Positions 37,711 to 50,909 of a stretch of 64,000 nucleotides of DNA are shown here, piece by piece. Origin of the DNA: Ostrea edulis (taxonomy: Eukaryota); the NCBI RefSeq assembly GCF_947568905.1, contig NC_079172.1:22878001-22942000 (forward strand), in the 5' to 3' direction. Numbering within the stretch: the first letter of the stretch is position 1; each line of letters begins with the position of its first letter. Under the pieces are notes generated by a model. That model did not search any database. It was given only the letters and a program-made list of their open reading frames with translations, and was not told the origin of the DNA. The position numbers and the translations under genes are program-made.

Positions 37711-38131
37711 TACATCCAAATTCACCGCCGGAACTATATATAATTTAAACCTTTAGCATTTTCCATATTAGGAGAACAATGGCGGCTTGAGGAAATTCAA
37801 CCAATGAGAAATCAGGAAATATGAATTTCAAACCAAATTCGAAATATCTTTACGCCAAATGTATACGATTTGCACTGATAAAATAATAAATACCCTGATA
37901 TATATCTGGTATAAAATGTCTCAAAGAGTACATACTATATTTAGCATATATTTGTTTTGTATCGAATTAATATAAAACAGTTATATCTTCAGCTGACCTT
38001 TAATTTCATGGTGACTATATTTTTGTATCGTAAGAGTGTTATCATTGGTTGTTATATGTCACGGTTTATTCGCGCTTCAACCTTCGAGGAAATGTATTTA
38101 CAGTAGACCCTAAATTTATGTGTTTTGCAAG
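37711..38131. promoter_or_regulatory. Head-to-head promoter region with putative 5' UTR exons of the minus-strand gene and MKI67
   Basis: Minus-strand donor gtaagt at 37710, plus-strand donor gtaagt at 38132; CCAAT 37801, TTCAAA 37827 and TTCGAA 37838 (CHR-like), ATTGG 38044, TTCGCGC near 38069. Confidence 0.5.
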
Positions 38132-39166
38132 GTAAGTTTAAATGTACATATCTTATCATTAAATGTTAATCTCAAGCAGTTTTGAAAGATTTGTAAATAA
38201 CGGGTAATGTCTTTTTTATTTATGAAATGATCCTGTACGTACGCCAAAGTTCATGTTCATTGACTTTGTTGCATATTGTTGATCATACTGTAGTAGACCT
38301 AGGCCTAATAAGGTGTTGTTATATAGATCTCTTTCAGTCGTTGTCTCTAGTTAAGATTAGCGAGTTTTATAGTGAACATTAATTAATTCAGTATAAGCAA
38401 CACGAAGTATAATATATGTTTACCCATGCCAGCTGTTTGGTGTTTGTATTTGGCGGTACAAATGTGTATTGAAAGTCAAGGCCATACTTTAAATGATGTT
38501 TGCATGTACTGCGATGCTATTAGATATGTCTTTAATAATACAGTTTAGTATTTAAAGTCTTACGCTAATGTTTATAGAATAGTTATAAATCCATCTTTTA
38601 ATCATCTGTTAAATTTATAATAAGAATCACACAAATGGCTAGTTTCAGATATTCAGCGAATGCTTGCATTTTTGCGCATTTAAGTAAGTGAATTCTATAT
38701 CAATACATTTGAATTGTTCTGTAGAACTTTTTAACAGACATGCAGAAGCATATGTCTGGATACCATAACAGTAATGTGTCTTCAGAATACTATTATGTAC
38801 ATAGCACAATGCACAATCAATAAATTCAAGTATTCTGAAAAGATACAGTTTAGATTTCATGCATGTCAGTGTTCAAGCATTAATAAATTAATACATTGTA
38901 TAATACATGTACTCATTTATAGTCTTCATCTTCCTCATTTTAGGGAAAGGGTGTACTACATTATCATGGTTGTAGACTTGTAGGTTATCATGGTTATAGA
39001 TATAGGGTATCATGGTGATAGACTTAAGGTTCAAATCTCAGTTCATGCATTTATAAGGTTGCTGTAAACATGCTCAAATCTCCTTTGAACATTTAATGTA
39101 GTCTAGTGTTTGTTACGAGAATGCTGAATGGTTTTTCTTGACAGTTTTTTAATTTTAAAATTTCAG

Positions 39167-39255
39167 ATGTTGCATGGAAAAATTGTTGTAATAAAAAGGT
39201 CAGGTACAGATGGAGCTCAGTTTCCACTAACTGCTGATACCTGTGTGTTTGGAAG
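39167..39255 (+). CDS. MKI67: Ki-67 orthologue, coding exon 1 (FHA domain)
   Basis: MLHGKIVVIKRSGTDGAQFPLTADTCVFGR matches vertebrate Ki-67 LVTIKRSGVDGPHFPL..STCLFGR. Confidence 0.92.
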
Positions 39256-39469
39256 GTATGGTTCACTGAACAGAATAATTGGTAAACAATAAGATGCTTG
39301 AACTGATTTTAATTACCCCTTCAGGATAATCATACTTACTGATTAGAAAAAAAAATTAATATTTAGATTAAAGGTGTCAAACCCTGTAGATATTATATGT
39401 CATGCTATTGTTTTGAGATTATGATGTATCCTGTAGGCCTATTTTCAATGTTCACTCTTGTGTTGTAAG

Positions 39470-39548
39470 GTCCAGTGAATGTGACATAAGAATACAACTT
39501 CCAAATGTATCAAGGGAGCATTGTCAAGTGACAGTTGAAAATGGTGGA
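39470..39548 (+). CDS. MKI67: Ki-67 coding exon 2 (FHA)
   Basis: SSECDIRIQLPNVSREHCQV matches CDIRIQLPVVSKQHC. Confidence 0.92.
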
Positions 39549-39697
39549 GTAAGTGCTCTAAAAGACTGGAATTTTATGCACCTTATTTCAAAATATTGGT
39601 CTTTTTTTTTTAAGTTGAATATTTGAAGCCAAAATTACAAGTATATATTTAAAGAGCTGTCTTAATTTTGATAAATTTCATTTCTTTTTATTTATAG

Positions 39698-39880
39698 GTG
39701 TTTCTGACTAATCTCAGCAACTCAAATCCTGTGTCTTTGAATGGAAAAAATCTGGACGGGAAGAAAAATCTGGCCAGCAAAGACATCTTCACAATTATAG
39801 ACAGATCATTTAGATTTGAGCTCCCAGAAAATATGCAGAGTTCATCTCCTAAAAAGACGCCTGTTAAATCTTCACCTAAG
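39698..39880 (+). CDS. MKI67: Ki-67 coding exon 3 (FHA end)
   Basis: NPVSLNG...DIFTIIDRSFRFE matches DVITIIDRSFRYE. Confidence 0.92.
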
Positions 39881-40092
39881 GTATTTTGATCTAAGTGAAT
39901 TATATTCTGTCATAGTGGCTTATTTTTCCAAATCTTCAGGATTACTGTGCTCAGGATTCTTTTTGACAGAGCTGTTTAATGTATATATATATATATTTAC
40001 ATGGAAGAAAGGTTATTAAAATTACTTGCCACTCACAGGAGGATAAAAGCAATGTCATATAACTTACTGATACTACTTAGTACTTTAATGCT

Positions 40093-41633
40093 CAGTCTTC
40101 GCGCTTAATGATTTTTACTACAAGCCCATCGGGCAAGTAAGAGTGCAAAATTTGGTAGCCCAAATAAAATTTTGCTAGCCCAAATGCTATACAAGAATGA
40201 TTCAACATGATTTGAAATTTCAAGTTTGAACATTTTTGTTAAGTATTACAATACAAGTTTAAGACGAGAGTTCAGGCCCTCTTTCAACTTCTAATTCTGT
40301 CATTTCAGTCAGATTCTCCGGAATCCTCCAATGTTTTAATTCTTCTAGTTCTTCATCATCATCACTCTCATCCTAAATAAGTAAAAAACTAGGGTTCTCA
40401 ACTTATTCTCATACATTCTGAACGTCTGATCCGGCCGCTTGTGGTTTTTCACTTTGGGGTAAGATGCTTGTGTCATTTTTTATTTTCATGTTCACTTACA
40501 GAATCAATTCTGAATTATCCAAGCCGGACATGAACTCGCAATTTGCAATGTTTTCCTTTCTGCACCAGATGCAAAATACAAGACCATCATAGTATTCAAG
40601 TCAGACGCAGTTCTTCTGCCAAACACGCTGATCATTTTCTTTGTTTCCTCATAATTCAGGGTTGGCAAAAAAGTGGTCAATATGAGTATTGACCAGGCCA
40701 GTGGTCAATACTGGTTAATACTGGTCGAATGAAAATTGTTTGGTCATTATAGTCTGTTATTTATTTTAAATGTTTAAGTGCCCATTATGGTAAATTCTGT
40801 AATTCATAACATGCCCTATCAGTTTATAATATACTTATAAGTCATAATATTACATAAATAGTGTACAAATGACTGTTGAATTGGGGAAGATGTATAAATT
40901 TCTGTTCAAATTCCATAGTTTAACAAGAACTACCTAGAAGTATTGTTTCATCAATCTTCATTTTAACTGTTGAATAAACATTTGAGGAGGTGGGTTGGTG
41001 ATGTTTTCATAACAATATCAGACACACTGGTCATCTCTGGTCCCAGCCTATGCTTATTAACACCTGTCAACTCTGCTTCCTGTGCTCAGGAAATGTCCAG
41101 CTACCTTTTATTCTTAATCTGTCCAGGTACATGTATTAAGAGGTCTGTCTCCAATCGTCAAGCTATGCTATAGAACTGTGACCCTCTGGTAGGTACTGAA
41201 GAGATTTTGGTCAGTTTCAGCAAACCAAATATATTAAACTTATGAAATTACATTTGATTATCTAATGAAAATTTTAATCAACAATTGATCCATATAATGA
41301 AAAGACTTAATTTATCTTTATCTTTGCAAGAAATGTACAAAAATAGGAAAATGGACAGTTTAAATCACAATTGACCACTTGAGGAGTATTGACCAGGGCA
41401 GCGGTTTTAACCGCCCAACCCTGCTCATACTTCTCAGTGCCAACTTTCTCTTCCTCTGTAAGAACTGGCTGTTTCACCGACTTCCTACCAGGAATCACAC
41501 TCTAATAGCGGAATCATAATCTCCGCTGGAAATATGTACTGGCCAACTGGGCATGTGCGTTAATAATTTTTGGTAGCCGAATTCCGATTTTACTAGCCAC
41601 TGTCATCGGGCTACCGCTTAATTTTGAAGACTA
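40093..41633. mobile_element. Decayed hAT-like DNA transposon derivative (intronic)
   Basis: cagtcttc...gaagact ends with a taatgct direct repeat at both flanks; repeated tagccc/gggcta subterminal motifs. Confidence 0.45.
40657..41423. mobile_element. Nested TIR element CAGGGTTGG...CCAACCCTG
   Basis: 9-bp terminal IR, flanks ctcataatt and ctcatactt (8/9), subterminal tggtcaata / tattgacca repeats. Confidence 0.6.
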
Positions 41634-41744
41634 ATGCTTGAAATTTCAAAAAATGGTGTCAAATTTTACTAATATATATTCAGTCTACGTGAAAGGCGTT
41701 GGACTGTATGGCCTGGCAGTCATAGTTTATGTCCTACAAAGGTC

Positions 41745-42830
41745 TAGGCCATCATTAAAAAAAAATTTGTTTGATGTACTCCGACCCACATTTTTCAACT
41801 CGGGTAGGTAGGTTGGTATTTTTATATATTTTTTTTTGAAAATCAGATATACAAATTTTCTTATGTTTTCATTAAACACATAATGCTGCCAGACAGAATA
41901 GAATTTAGAACATTCATTTTGTACAAATTGTATCTAATACACGTAAATCATCCAACGTCTCCTGAGATTTACTCAGGACGTTTTGCATTCGTCACGGATG
42001 ATGACCTCAACAGTTAATAAATAAACACCCCTTTTTATTACCACCGGTCGATTCCAACATTCATAATAGCAGTCTTAAACACTTTAATGTGATCCATGAA
42101 TATCCAAGTGAATTGCATGATGACAGCAATTTACAATAAGTTTTAATATTACCCATTTTATGATCATTTTAATGCCGACTTTCCCGCATCATTCGAATTG
42201 TTGCGACGATCGTGTTCCATTCGTGTGTCTCAGTTTAAGAGCAAATTAAAAATGTCGTTCACATATTAAATCGTCATAACATTTAAATAATCCCATATCA
42301 AAATGATATGCGTGCCTTTTCAGAAATATAGACCATTAACTTAAACGTCGACTTGTGGTACACCATAATTTTGGTGCGCTATCCCACATGATTTTTTATT
42401 TAAATAACATGGCTTTCAAACTTTTGTACATAAAAATACGATCAGGCCTCGATGGGCGAGTTCGTAGCTCCTTGTTCTATCTTGTTGGTAGATAAGGTGG
42501 TGATTTGCAGCTGTGATGTGGTATATTTGATCGTTCACATAGAAACGTGTTTGAAAAGTTCCCGGATTAACAAATGGTCCTTATCAAAGTGAAAGTAGAA
42601 CCGAAAGACGCCCTAAGGACATTTTGATAACTAGAATTCTGTAAAACAACTAGTCCAAATTAAAAAAAATGACATTAAGTTTAATACTAATTCGAAGAAT
42701 GTCTATTTTCCAGGGAGCAAATAAAAAAAATTAAAAATTTCCAAGTGGGGAAAAAATGATCGGGTCTGAGCAAATTTCATGGGTCGGTCGGAGTACATCA
42801 AACAAATAAATTTTTATGATATATATATTC
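41745..42830. mobile_element. MITE-like element with 22-bp perfect subterminal inverted repeat
   Basis: atttgtttgatgtactccgacc 41765-41786 and ggtcggagtacatcaaacaaat 42786-42807. Confidence 0.55.
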
Positions 42831-43112
42831 AGCTGATTATTAGGCCATAATTTAAAATATCTTTTGTTTCCCCAAACCCAACCCTAAATTTTCTGACTGG
42901 GTAGGTAGATTGGTAAAAAAAAAAATATTTGGGTGTTGGATATGTATTTTAAATGTTACATTCTGCATCTCAGTTTTTATTAATAAATCCAACATGAACA
43001 AACAATGCATATGAAATGTCAATACAGGTCTGTCAGCGCTTTGCCAAATTCATGCCCGTTGTCAACAATTTAGTGGTTAAAAGATCTTATTTCCCTACCT
43101 TGGCCTTTGTAA

Positions 43113-43370
43113 TTTTTATACCCTCCGAACGAAGTTCTGGGGGGTATATAGGAATCACTCTGTCCATCTGTCTGTCTGTCTCCAGATTCGTGTCCGGGCC
43201 CTAACTTCTTTGTTCTTTGACATAGGCATACCATATTTAACACACAGGTGGATCACCATGAAACGATGTCATATACCTTCATGACCTCTTTGTTCTTTGA
43301 CAACACCCTTTTGGAGATTGGGGTAAGCGAGGGGTATTCATAGTGAGCATTGCTCACAGTACCTCTTGTT
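43113..43370 (+). mobile_element. Short non-autonomous Helentron (HINE/DINE-1-like)
   Basis: tttttataccc start, tctgtctgtctg microsatellite, 3' hairpin gtgagcattgctcac, cctcttgtt end (same end as the 8406 element). Confidence 0.7.
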
Positions 43371-43777
43371 GGATCTGTAAGTTTGACATTTGTTGAGTTG
43401 ACTCTAGTAGCAAGCTACTCTTTGGCATCGGGACCGTCCTGCGGATTCACTGCTTCATTTACCACCCTAGCCCATGATTTGAATATAGTTTGACTGGCAG
43501 TGTATGTTTTGTTAAATAAAATCATTGCCATGCACTTAAATTCTTAATAATGGCAATATAACGCACGCATTGTTTGTGAAAGAATGTGAAAATATTTTAG
43601 AATTTAGCTTAGATATTCAGAACAAGAAATGTTTTCTATGTTTCATAGCCCTTGGGAGTAGGGATACTTTTTCGCTAGTACTCAGGTGACCGATAAGGCC
43701 TGTGGGCCTCTTGTTTGGTTGTTGTTTAGCTTCTTCTTTTTTTTCCCCTTCTATGATTAAGTTTTTCTAAATTGTAG

Positions 43778-45344
43778 ATGAAGACAGAATCCAAAATTCT
43801 GACACCTAAAGTAAAACCACCAAGTGCTTCACCTCAGAGAAATAGCAATACACCTTCAAGTAAAAGCCCAAACAAAAGAAATTCATTGATTGTTGCCAAG
43901 TCTCCTGGGCTGAATGCTGTTGCAACACCAAAGGCCAAACCTCGGTCTCCTTCCCCAAGGAAAACACCAGCTCCTGTTATGAAGACACCTGTTGCCACTG
44001 TAACACCAACAAAATCCCCTGTTAAAAAGTTCTCCACTCCTAAGTCTCAGGTAAATTCAAGAAGTGTATCACCTAAAGCTGTGACCCCTGTTGTCTCCAC
44101 AACTCCTGCAAATAAACAGAAGACCACTCCAAAAGCTGAGAGGAAGTCCAGGAGTACCTCTCCTAAGGCTAAGACACCTAGTGCATCTCCAAAAGTCAAG
44201 ACCCCAGCGGCTTCCCGAAGCATGTCACCCAAAACTAGTATTCCAGTAGTTTCTACTTCAGCAGATGATGAAGTCTTGACAACTCCGAAATCGGGAAGGA
44301 AGTCAAGAAATACCACTCCAAAACCCAAGTCTTCAAAAAGTTCATCTCCGAAAGCTAAATCTCCCATAGCCAAATCTCCAAAAGCTAAAACACCCAGAAG
44401 TGCATCTCCAAAGGCGAAGACTCCCAGAAGTGCATCTCCACAGGCGAAGACTCCAAGAAGTGTATCGCCAAAAGTTGCTACACCTAGAGTTGCGTCTCCT
44501 ACAGCCAAGACTCCCAGGAGTGTATCTCCAAAAGTTGCTACACCTAGAGTTGCATCTCCAAAGGCCAAGACTCCCAGAAGTGTATCTCCAAAGGCCAAGA
44601 CTCCCAGGAGTGTAACTCCAAAAATTGCTACATCTAGAGTTGCATCTCCAAAGGCCAAGACTCCCAGAAGTGTATCTCCAAAGGCCAAGACTCCCAGAAG
44701 TGCATCTCCAAAGGCCAAAACACCTGTAGTGTCTACCCCTGTAAAACCAGCTGAAGAAGTTAAGAAAAGTCCTGCATTGGAAAGGACATCAAAGAGCAAA
44801 TCTCCAAAAGGCAAGACGCCTATAAGTGCATCTAAAGCTAAATCTCCCAAGGGCCAAACACCAAGAAGTGCATCTCCCAAGGCCAAAATTCCTGTCTCAC
44901 CAAGTCCTACCCAGATTGGTGGTGTGGTAACAACTCCTAAGGCTAAGACACCTGTGTCTTCTACCACTCCTGTGAAACCTGTTAAGGAACCCATGTCAAC
45001 ACCTAAGTCAGACAGACGGTCAAGAAGCACATCACCAAAAGCTATGACTCCCAATCTGTCACCAAATGTGAAGACACCTGAGGTCTTAGCAATTAAAGAG
45101 AAAATCTTGTCCACACCGAAGTCTGGCAGAAAGTCTAGAAGTGTATCTCCAAAATCAAACACAGTTGCAAACACCCCAAAATCTGCACAGAAGGCTGAAT
45201 CACCAAAGTCAAAGAGTCCATCTCCCAAGGTAAAGACACCAGCTACTCCAAAATTTACCAGTTCAGGGTTGAAGTCCAGAACACCATCCCCCAAGGCTGT
45301 TACCACAACTGAATCCCCCTTAACCAGTGGATGGACACCAGTCG
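43778..45344 (+). CDS. MKI67: Ki-67 coding exon 4 (SPK/TPK-rich, 10-aa tandem repeats)
   Basis: 1567-bp exon, phase 0 to 1, repeats SPKAKTPRS[AV]. Confidence 0.85.
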
Positions 45345-46606
45345 GTAAGTCATTACGACAAATTTACTCAGTCATATTTTCAGTACAAAATTATTGATCA
45401 TTGACAAGAATTAAAAAGTTATTTTTATTTGTTGTTGTAATTCATTATCTATTGTGTGAAATTTGAAAATTATTTTCGTAGTTTAGAGGTATTTTGTATA
45501 TGAATTGTTGAAGAGAAGAGTGGGAGTAGATGTTTAAGAATAATGATCATATTCATTCTTGTTATTTGTAGTAAACAAAAAGAAACTGGAAAGGAGGGTA
45601 AGTGGAAAATAACGATAATTCCATGGTGATTATGATAATTTTAAAGATGTAAATTAGTGCTGTCTATGAATAGTTGATATAAATGAATACCTATCATTTT
45701 GTCCAAATGAGCTTGAATGTAAGTTTTTATTGTCAGTCAGACTATGAAAGAGGCCAGTCTTCATTTTACACTAATCTTGGTTGAGATTCAGCTTGGCTGA
45801 ATATTTAGACTGACGCCTTCACTGAATCTCAGAGCAGTTCTTCATAATTCATGTCTGGAAATTTACTTCCAGTTTCGGCTGGTTCTAGCTATTAATGTGC
45901 ACTTAGATTGCACTGCTGTTTGCTTCAGATATTAAGTGGTTTGACTATTAAACTAACTATCACTATTAATCTTGCATTGCTTACCGTGTAAGTATGAAAA
46001 TTCCAAAATGAAAACTGTCCCTAAATTTTCCGTTCAGATGAAGACTTCCACCGCACAATATTTTGTATTCTGAAATTGAAAAGTTCCAATTGTCTGTTTT
46101 ATCAAATTACTGATACATTGTATTGATCTCCACATACCTACTCGTACATTGCTAATTTAAGAACAAACTATGGAAACTCTTCAGTTTCGGGAGATAAAGT
46201 ATTGTGCCATCCAAATATTCAGCCAGGCCGAATCTCAGCTGAGATTACATTTTACACAACTCTGGATTGGAAATACTTTCACTTAATTAAGCTATTTTAA
46301 ATTTGAATGTACCCATTACTTTCCAGTCTTTGCCAGTGGGAAATCCTATAATTGCTGCAGGTAAGACTATTTTAAACTTGAGATAAATTGAAAAATAAAA
46401 ACAGAAGAATTGCTTTTGGCATCATGTAAATTTTAATTGAAAATGGTCAAATTGCATGATAAATGGCACATTTACAGCTACAAGAAAAAAGCTGAGCATA
46501 AGGATTGAATCATCTCTGTTGCAGTTCTCCAAATTCCATTAATTAACACATATTAATGGATTTTATGTGGTGTTTCTTCTTCATTATCTGGGTGTGTTTT
46601 TTCCAG

Positions 46607-48093
46607 CATTACCTACATCACATGCAAGTTCTGGAAAGAAAAGAAAGTCTACAGAAAGTTTAGAATCCAGGTCTAAGAGGGCAAGAGTGTCATTTGGACC
46701 CAAACTCAGCCCTGAACACTTCTTAAAGACCCTGCCTCCATCCACACCCGTCAGGAAGGGAGCAACACCCAAACGAATGGCTTCTAATTCAGATTTGAAA
46801 CCACTGCTGAAAAGGAAATCTGTCGTCACTGTCCCAAAATCTCCAATCAAAGAAGAGAGTCCACAGAAAGCCAGAAGTTCTCAAAAATCTCCAAAGGCTG
46901 GTCGTTCTCCAAGAAGTCCAAATGATAAAAAATCTCCACAACAGAAAACTAAGAGCCCGAGTGCTTCACCCAAGACAGCTCAGAACAAGGTACCAGAGAT
47001 GACTACAACCACTTCTAGAAGTCCGGTTCAAAGTAGATCTCCAGCAAAATCTGCTACACCCACATCATCACTCAGAACTCCAATGAACAAATTGCCTAAA
47101 GCTAAGCCTTCAACACCCAGAAGTGCCTCTCCTAAGACACCAAGTAACAAATCTCAAGTTATAGCAGTATCGCCAGTCGCAACTCCAGCAAAGCCTTCAC
47201 CCAAGTCTCCAACTCGAAGCCAATCTCCTAAAACAAAAGCAACACCTAAATCTACTCCGAAAAAATCGTCACCAACTAAGGCTAAGTCTCCTATATCCAA
47301 AATATCTCCTAATAGTTTAAAGAAGGATAAATCAATGGATGAGTCCTTTGGACTAGATGGTCTGTTTCAGACACCCAATTTGGTTACAAGTACTCCTGCT
47401 GCTGGCAGTAAAAAGAAGAGAAAATCAGCTGTGTTGAATTCAACTCGGTCAAAGAAAAATATAGAGACCAAGCGAAGAACAAGTACAGGGAATCTTGGAG
47501 GTGTTAAGAGGCTGCTAAAGACTCCAAAGAGGTTGCCAGACACCAGCTTCACTGGAATAGCTGCCCTGATGAAGACCCCAACAGCAGTAACAGCAAAAAA
47601 GACCACTCCAAAAATTGTATCGATGAAGACTCCAGCAGACATTAGCTACACTGGAATTGCTACCATGATGAAGACCCCCAAAACAGCTTCAGCAAAGAAA
47701 ACACCCACGATGAAGACCCCCAAAACAGCATCAGCAAAGAAAACACCAAAAGTTAAATCTGCAAAGCCTTCAGCAGACACGAGCTACAGTGGCATTGCAG
47801 ACATGATGGCTACACCTAAACAAAAACCAACACCTACAAGGAAAAACTCCCCTAAAGTTGTTGTTTCCCCAGCTGTACAGAAAATTAATAATCCCATTGC
47901 AGACCTAAGGAAAGCTGTAGCCATTCGTGCTATTCATGGGAAAAATGCAACTCCAAAATTGTTAAAGATGGCTCCTGCATCATGGGCTGATGTAGTAAAA
48001 AAAGGTGTGGCAAAGAAAGTTCTTACCCCACAGGCCAAGAGAGTAATGCATGGGAAGAGAGCTGCACAAAGTGCCAAGAAGAATCGAAGGAAG
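46607..48093 (+). CDS. MKI67: Ki-67 coding exon 5 (PP1-binding domain, Ki-67 motifs, SWADVVK)
   Basis: KRARVSFGPKLSPEHF..TLPPSTPVRKGATP matches KRRRVSFGGHLRPELFDENLPPNTPLKRG; SWADVVK conserved. Confidence 0.92.
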
Positions 48094-48209
48094 GTTTGCA
48101 GAATATTTTCTAAAATTTTATAAATAATATTGAAATTATTTACCTTAAAAATTATGACAATGTTGTAAAATACATTTGTACTATGAATATTCATACCAAT
48201 GTATTTCAG

Positions 48210-48362
48210 TCAATTGCAAAGACACCCAGAACCATTGCCAGAGCAGCTGCACCCACCACAGGGCATGCAGACTCACCAATGACTCTTGTCATTGGCAAGA
48301 AGAAGGCCAAAACTCCTAGAGCTCTACCTAAAAAAGGAAGAAAATCAGTTGGAAAGTCTAAG
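48210..48362 (+). CDS. MKI67: Ki-67 coding exon 6 (conserved domain)
   Basis: TTGHADSPMTLVIGK matches TGHANSPCTIIIGK. Confidence 0.9.
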
Positions 48363-48733
48363 GTACAGGGATTTAAATTTGTTTTAAATTCAATAGTTGA
48401 ATGGTTCGAATATTTAGGGTTCTTCTCTTAAAATTTAACCATGGAGGAAGGTGTTCTGAAGTGAAAACACAAATACATGTTTAGCCTTTTAGGTTGGTAT
48501 TATCAACAATTCAGAATTTCGTCATACAGACAGGTGTGAAATCTACAGACATTGGTTTCATCTGTTTAACATTGTCACTGTAATGTCACTCATGCTTAAC
48601 ACCTAGCATACACATTACAAGCAGTGAAATTGGATGACATTTTATGCAGTCTTGAAATGTTAAACATCGCTGAAATGCAATAAACATTTTCATCATAACA
48701 ACTGCTGTTTTGACTATGGTGCTGTTGATTTAA

Positions 48734-49051
48734 GGAGGTATGCTACACCAGAGAAATTTGATGTAGATGAAAAGTGGAGGATATGTACAACAATATTTTG
48801 AAGTTGAAAATTTTCAAATTTACTTTATTTTGTCAAAAAATACAGTTTTAGTAGAAGGTAATCTGGAAAAAATTTAAAACCCCTTCTGGACTTGAACCTG
48901 CGACCTACAGTTCAGCAGTCGGTATTCTAACCTACTGAGCTACTCAGCTAGGTATTTAAATGGAAAAGGGAAAGTCAAATATTGCTGATATCGATTTTTT
49001 CACCCATGTTTTTAAAGGAAGTCTGCCATTATGACAATGTAGAGTACTACC
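48734..49051. mobile_element. 318-bp TTAA-flanked MITE (Kolobok/piggyBac-type) containing a tRNA-like segment
   Basis: TTAA at 48730-48733 and 49052-49055; imperfect TIR ggaggtatgctacac / atgtagagtactacc; minus-strand A and B boxes at about 48881-48949. Confidence 0.7.
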
Positions 49052-49197
49052 TTAAGCATGATGTACAGGATACAAATTCAATGATGGTGAACGTGCTTGG
49101 GAAAAACCCTTATAGAGGACCCTTTATAATTTCTTGCATATCCCTGGTACTATCTAATATGTGTTATTTAGGAATTGTTAAACTTTTACATTGGTAG

Positions 49198-49479
49198 TCT
49201 GTGAAGAATAATGCAGTTAGCCCATCTGGTGTGAAAGAAATGTTCACCACTCCTAAGACAAAGTCTCCAGCTCGTAGTCGATTGAGTACAGGAACCCCAC
49301 ACTCACTCTTCTCGGATCTCCCAGACACTCCCAATGGACCTGGTGAGATGGCTGTGTCGCCCTTGTCCAACAGCACATCTGCTGGAAGTCCTCGTCTTGC
49401 TGGCATGAAGAGACTATTTACACAGCAAAAGGTTGCAAAATCTCCAGCCAGCCCACTTGGAATCAAGAATTTAATGAAA
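49198..49479 (+). CDS. MKI67: Ki-67 coding exon 7
   Basis: SGVKEMFTTP, AGMKRLF and LGIKNLMK motifs; gtaagt donor. Confidence 0.85.
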
Positions 49480-49644
49480 GTAAGTACAGACTGTATGCTT
49501 TTCAAGTTACATACAAATTGTATTAAAGAGGAAGCAATTTTGTTTACAAAATAAATTGAAGCAAAGTAACTGCAGATTCCTAAATTCTGGGATTTTATTG
49601 ATGATTAATAAAAGTTGAATTGAAATTTACCATTTGAATTTTAG

Positions 49645-49724
49645 ACACCAGGATCTTCAAAATCTACGCCAACAAAGAAACTGAAGAGTCCCAAGGTTTC
49701 AAAATCCAAATCCCCAACACCAAG
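49645..49724 (+). CDS. MKI67: Ki-67 coding exon 8
   Basis: TPGSSKSTPTKKLKSPK...; completes GIKNLMK|TP across the junction; phase 0 to 2. Confidence 0.75.
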
Positions 49725-50909
49725 GTATGTTTGCTTCTTGTTGGGCCAATTCAACTTAATTGATAGATTATCATCCCCGCCCGCCCCGAAAAAATTTTAT
49801 TATGCGAAACTTGCAATTTCCGGAAAATTTTCATGTCCGACTCTGGTATTTGCTTTTCTTATTTACATTTCCAGTATAACAATGTGAGAAGCCATGTGAA
49901 GAAAATACTAATTAAATATGGTTTTCTTAATTTCTTGCATTCTTACGGGCATAAATCTTGAAAAAGTTTGGTATCTTTTAAAGCTTAACCTGGAATTTGT
50001 TGAAAATAAGCAAAGATTGATATCCATCTGGCATTAATAATACACTTCTGTTGACAAAAACTCATTTATCATTAACCCAGACTAACTCTACCTCACCTGA
50101 ATACACAACCATTTTGAATGTAGTGTTGTTTTCATTGTTATATACGTATGTATTCCTACATGCCATTTCAAAATTGTTAAAGCTTTTTGATGAGAGAAAC
50201 TATTTGTTTTACTATTTGAAAACATAATTAAATGATAAGAAATGAATCTTATAATTCTTTTCTTGACGGCGGTATCATATAGGTAAAATTAGGTGGAAAC
50301 TTGCGCTATGAACATTGATGAAGTTTTCCATCTTATTTTCCCTATGATACTGCCATCAATAAAAGAATTTCATGATTCATTTTTTTAAATCATTAAATGT
50401 AATTTATTATACCATACCCTAAGCCTTACATAGTAAACATACTTTGATGCAAGTAGTTCAAAGTATGCTATTTTCATAACAAAAGAGAACTTGTGAGAGC
50501 CTGTGTTTACAATTGTAAAATACATTTGAGTTATGACACCTTTCACATATTGCATGCACATGTAGGAGCTATACTTTGGGCACGCAGTGATTGGGATGAG
50601 CATGCGCCATGGTCACATTGAATTAAAAAATGGCGCATAGAATATTGAAAACACTGTGCCGTTGTGGCACATATCGTCAATATACCTAGTTTGAGCTTTT
50701 CCCCACTTACTCCGTAAATCTTAAGCCTGACAAAGGGCAAACTTTCTTTGATTTTCGCCTGAATGATATGCCAGTACTGGCAATAGACACTGTTGGAGCA
50801 CAAGTAGACGACGCAGAAATGTCAAAACAAAAAATCACGATGAGAATCCTATTTTTTGCAAAACGTAAATTTAACACAAATATTGATACAACTAAAGTTA
50901 CCTATGGCA

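Noticed and set aside
44047-45306. 419-aa minus-strand ORF (also 60921-61934, 62049-62657, 31505-32296, 46584-46850, 47367-47642)
   Set aside because: Antisense shadows of repetitive Lys/Ser/Pro/Thr-rich exons; such codon usage leaves the opposite strand stop-poor; no independent motifs
46670-46700. Functional link between the Ki-67 RVSF PP1 motif or SPK repeats and the Polinton RVTF/SPKK proteins
   Set aside because: Common short motifs; the insertion is about 10 kb from MKI67 in a generic repeat and there is no sequence similarity suggesting capture
48881-48949. Functional tRNA gene (also 36118-36190, 52195-52225, 56860-56930)
   Set aside because: A and B boxes are present but acceptor and anticodon stems do not pair; these are SINE/MITE-derived
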